Below, piece by piece: positions 15,517-64,000 of a stretch of 64,000 nt of DNA. Source of the stretch: Eledone cirrhosa (Eukaryota); contig OZ024756.1 in NCBI GenBank assembly GCA_964016885.1, positions 41,354,001-41,418,000 on the forward strand. Direction: 5' to 3'. Under the pieces are notes generated by a model. It made no database searches. It had not been told where the DNA came from and worked only from the letters and a program-made list of their open reading frames with translations. Each line of letters starts with the position of its first letter. Position 1 is the stretch's first letter. A program made the position numbers and the translations under genes.

Positions 15517-15520
<4 letters not shown>
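15355..15520 (+). mobile_element. ~165-bp hammerhead-carrying non-autonomous element, copy 1
   Basis: Near-identical to 21029-21196 with the same ends (atatgtcccaagg...gtttcgtcac); TA-rich flanks. Confidence 0.75.
15420..15475 (+). ncRNA. Type I hammerhead ribozyme, minimal self-complementary stem III
   Basis: actgc CTGATGA ggtc atagccatt-c-aatggctat catc GAA atatatat a gcagt; stem I actgc/gcagt; predicted cleavage after 15470. Confidence 0.8.
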
Positions 15521-15551
<31 letters not shown>

Positions 15552-15554
<3 letters not shown>

Positions 15555-15895
15555 GGTTTGCTGGTTGACCACTGGATAGAACTGGTCATTCCGTATGGTC
15601 AACCTGGATGTAATATTATGGAGAGTACTCAACGTAATGCAACTCACCTGTCTTCGTTTGTGTTGTTGGTGGTGCGAGTACAGAGTTAATTATAAATAAA
15701 ATAACAGGAGGCTGGACTGGTGTAAATCCTTGACAGGTTTATTATACTATGACCATTTCAATGACCGGGTTCAGTGTGAATCCGGTGACATCATCAGGTA
15801 TTCGAAATATAACAGATAAAATCCATGGGGCTGAAAATCAGAGACAAGAGGACGACCGACTATTTAGCAGCTTCTACCTCAGTCGGCTGCCCTCG

Positions 15896-15896
<1 letters not shown>
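15552..15896 (-). mobile_element. Hammerhead-carrying element in (TA)n
   Basis: Unique sequence bounded by TA tracts; hammerhead at 15744-15801 and gagtactcaac tail motif. Confidence 0.6.
15744..15801 (-). ncRNA. Type I hammerhead ribozyme
   Basis: Minus strand: atac CTGATGA tgtc accggattca-cac-tgaacccggt catt GAA atggtcat a gtat; stem I atac/gtat. Confidence 0.72.
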
Positions 15897-15942
<46 letters not shown>

Positions 15943-16270
15943 GCCTAAGGAAAGAAACTGTAGCAACATTGAATATATGGTGAGGCTGAAGATGGTTGAC
16001 ACTTGTCAACTGTGATAGAGTTGGACAGCAGACTACTGACATTGGCTTTAACATATTCTGGAACACACACACACCACACCACCACACCACACCACACCAC
16101 ACCACACCACACGCCCCGCACCGCACCGCACCGCACCGCACCGCACCGCACCGCACCGCACCGCACCGCACCGCACCGCACCGCACCGCACCCATATATA
16201 TATTGGAAAAGTAAATAAGAAGGAGTAGAGTTACAAAAGGTGGTGGGTTGAGGCTTGAGTGGGGAGTGGT

Positions 16271-16321
<51 letters not shown>

Positions 16322-16664
16322 CAACACATACACTCACACACATACATGGGTGATGACGGCGGTGATGATGGTGATGATGATGATATCAATGTTTTAGTAA
16401 TGTTTAACTATATCTATATATATATATAATTGTTTCTACTTTTTGGCACAAGGCCAACAAATTACCCAGTACATTACTGGTACTTTATTTTATCGACCCC
16501 GTAAGGATGAAAGGCAAAGTTATATATATATATATATATATATATGTTATATATATAAGTTATATATATATATAAGGCAAAGTATATATATAACAACACA
16601 CACACATGGGTGATGACGGTGGTGATGGTGGTGGTGAATATGATGAGATCAATGTTTAAATAAT

Positions 16665-16694
16665 GTCTAACTGTTTTTCTTTCTTTCTTTCCAG
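16665..16694 (+). promoter_or_regulatory. Candidate 3' splice site opening a long 5'UTR part of the start-codon exon
   Basis: gtCTAAC branch-point-like motif, then tgtttttctttctttctttcCAG (AG at 16693-16694); no transcript evidence. Confidence 0.5.
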
Positions 16695-16865
16695 ATCTTT
16701 CTCTTCTGAAATGAAAGTTAACCATTTGAATGGCTCCACATTGGAGAAATACTCTGTCTTCTACATATATGGAATACCAATGTCTCAGATATTCCTTAGA
16801 TGAAGCATATTTCTAATACATCATATATATATATTGTATTAATATGTAATGTGTATTACATATTA

Positions 16866-16898
<33 letters not shown>

Positions 16899-17249
16899 AT
16901 ATTACATTATATATATATGTATATATATGTGTATATATATATCATGTGTATATATTATATTAATATATATTCTTTATATTCTTTATTCGAGCCTTTTGGC
17001 AATGCAAATTAATGGTTTACATAGTAACAGATTCACTAATGATGAAATCATTGGAGAAATTATTAAAATTTATAATATTGAAATTTAAATCCAGTTTGAT
17101 TCTGGATTCGATGCTGTAAAAACTTCCCAACAAACAAAAGACAAACAAACACAAACAAACAAATAAACCTCCCCGAAACTTCCCTGAAATTGTTATGTAA
17201 TGTTATTTATCAGAGCTTGTTAAATCTATTGATTTTTTTTTTTTTTACC

Positions 17250-17280
<31 letters not shown>

Positions 17281-17371
17281 GAATACAATAACAATAATAA
17301 AATAATAATTAATATTAATAATTAATATTAATAATTAATAATAAATAATAATAATAATAATAATAAGCAAA

Positions 17372-63911
<46,540 letters not shown>

Positions 63912-64000
63912 CATGAAAAAGAAATGTAAAAAAAAAAAATGGATTTTATTTTTTTTTTTTACTGAAAACGAAGGAAAAAAATAAAACATGTATATCTAAT

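Overview
AT-rich, microsatellite-saturated animal genomic DNA. The repeat landscape suggests an octopod cephalopod; this is inference, not a database match. The window holds one protein-coding gene on the + strand, a PPP1R16A/B (MYPT3/TIMAP)-family PP1 regulatory subunit. I assembled it by hand from 10 GT-AG coding exons (17372-63911, 3030 nt, 1009 aa) with consistent intron phases, ankyrin repeats and a C-terminal CaaX box. Nearly all other ORFs in the track are translated simple repeats. Introns and flanks contain SINE-like families, TTAA-flanked MITE-like elements and many minisatellites. The main non-obvious signal is a dense set of short non-coding elements inserted in (TA)n tracts. They carry type I hammerhead ribozyme motifs (7 with an intact core, plus degenerate or half copies), fold-back inverted duplications and a shared subterminal ACTC..GAGT hairpin, and resemble Penelope-like/retrozyme-type retroelement ends. 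Two near-identical sense-strand hammerheads bracket the start-codon exon.
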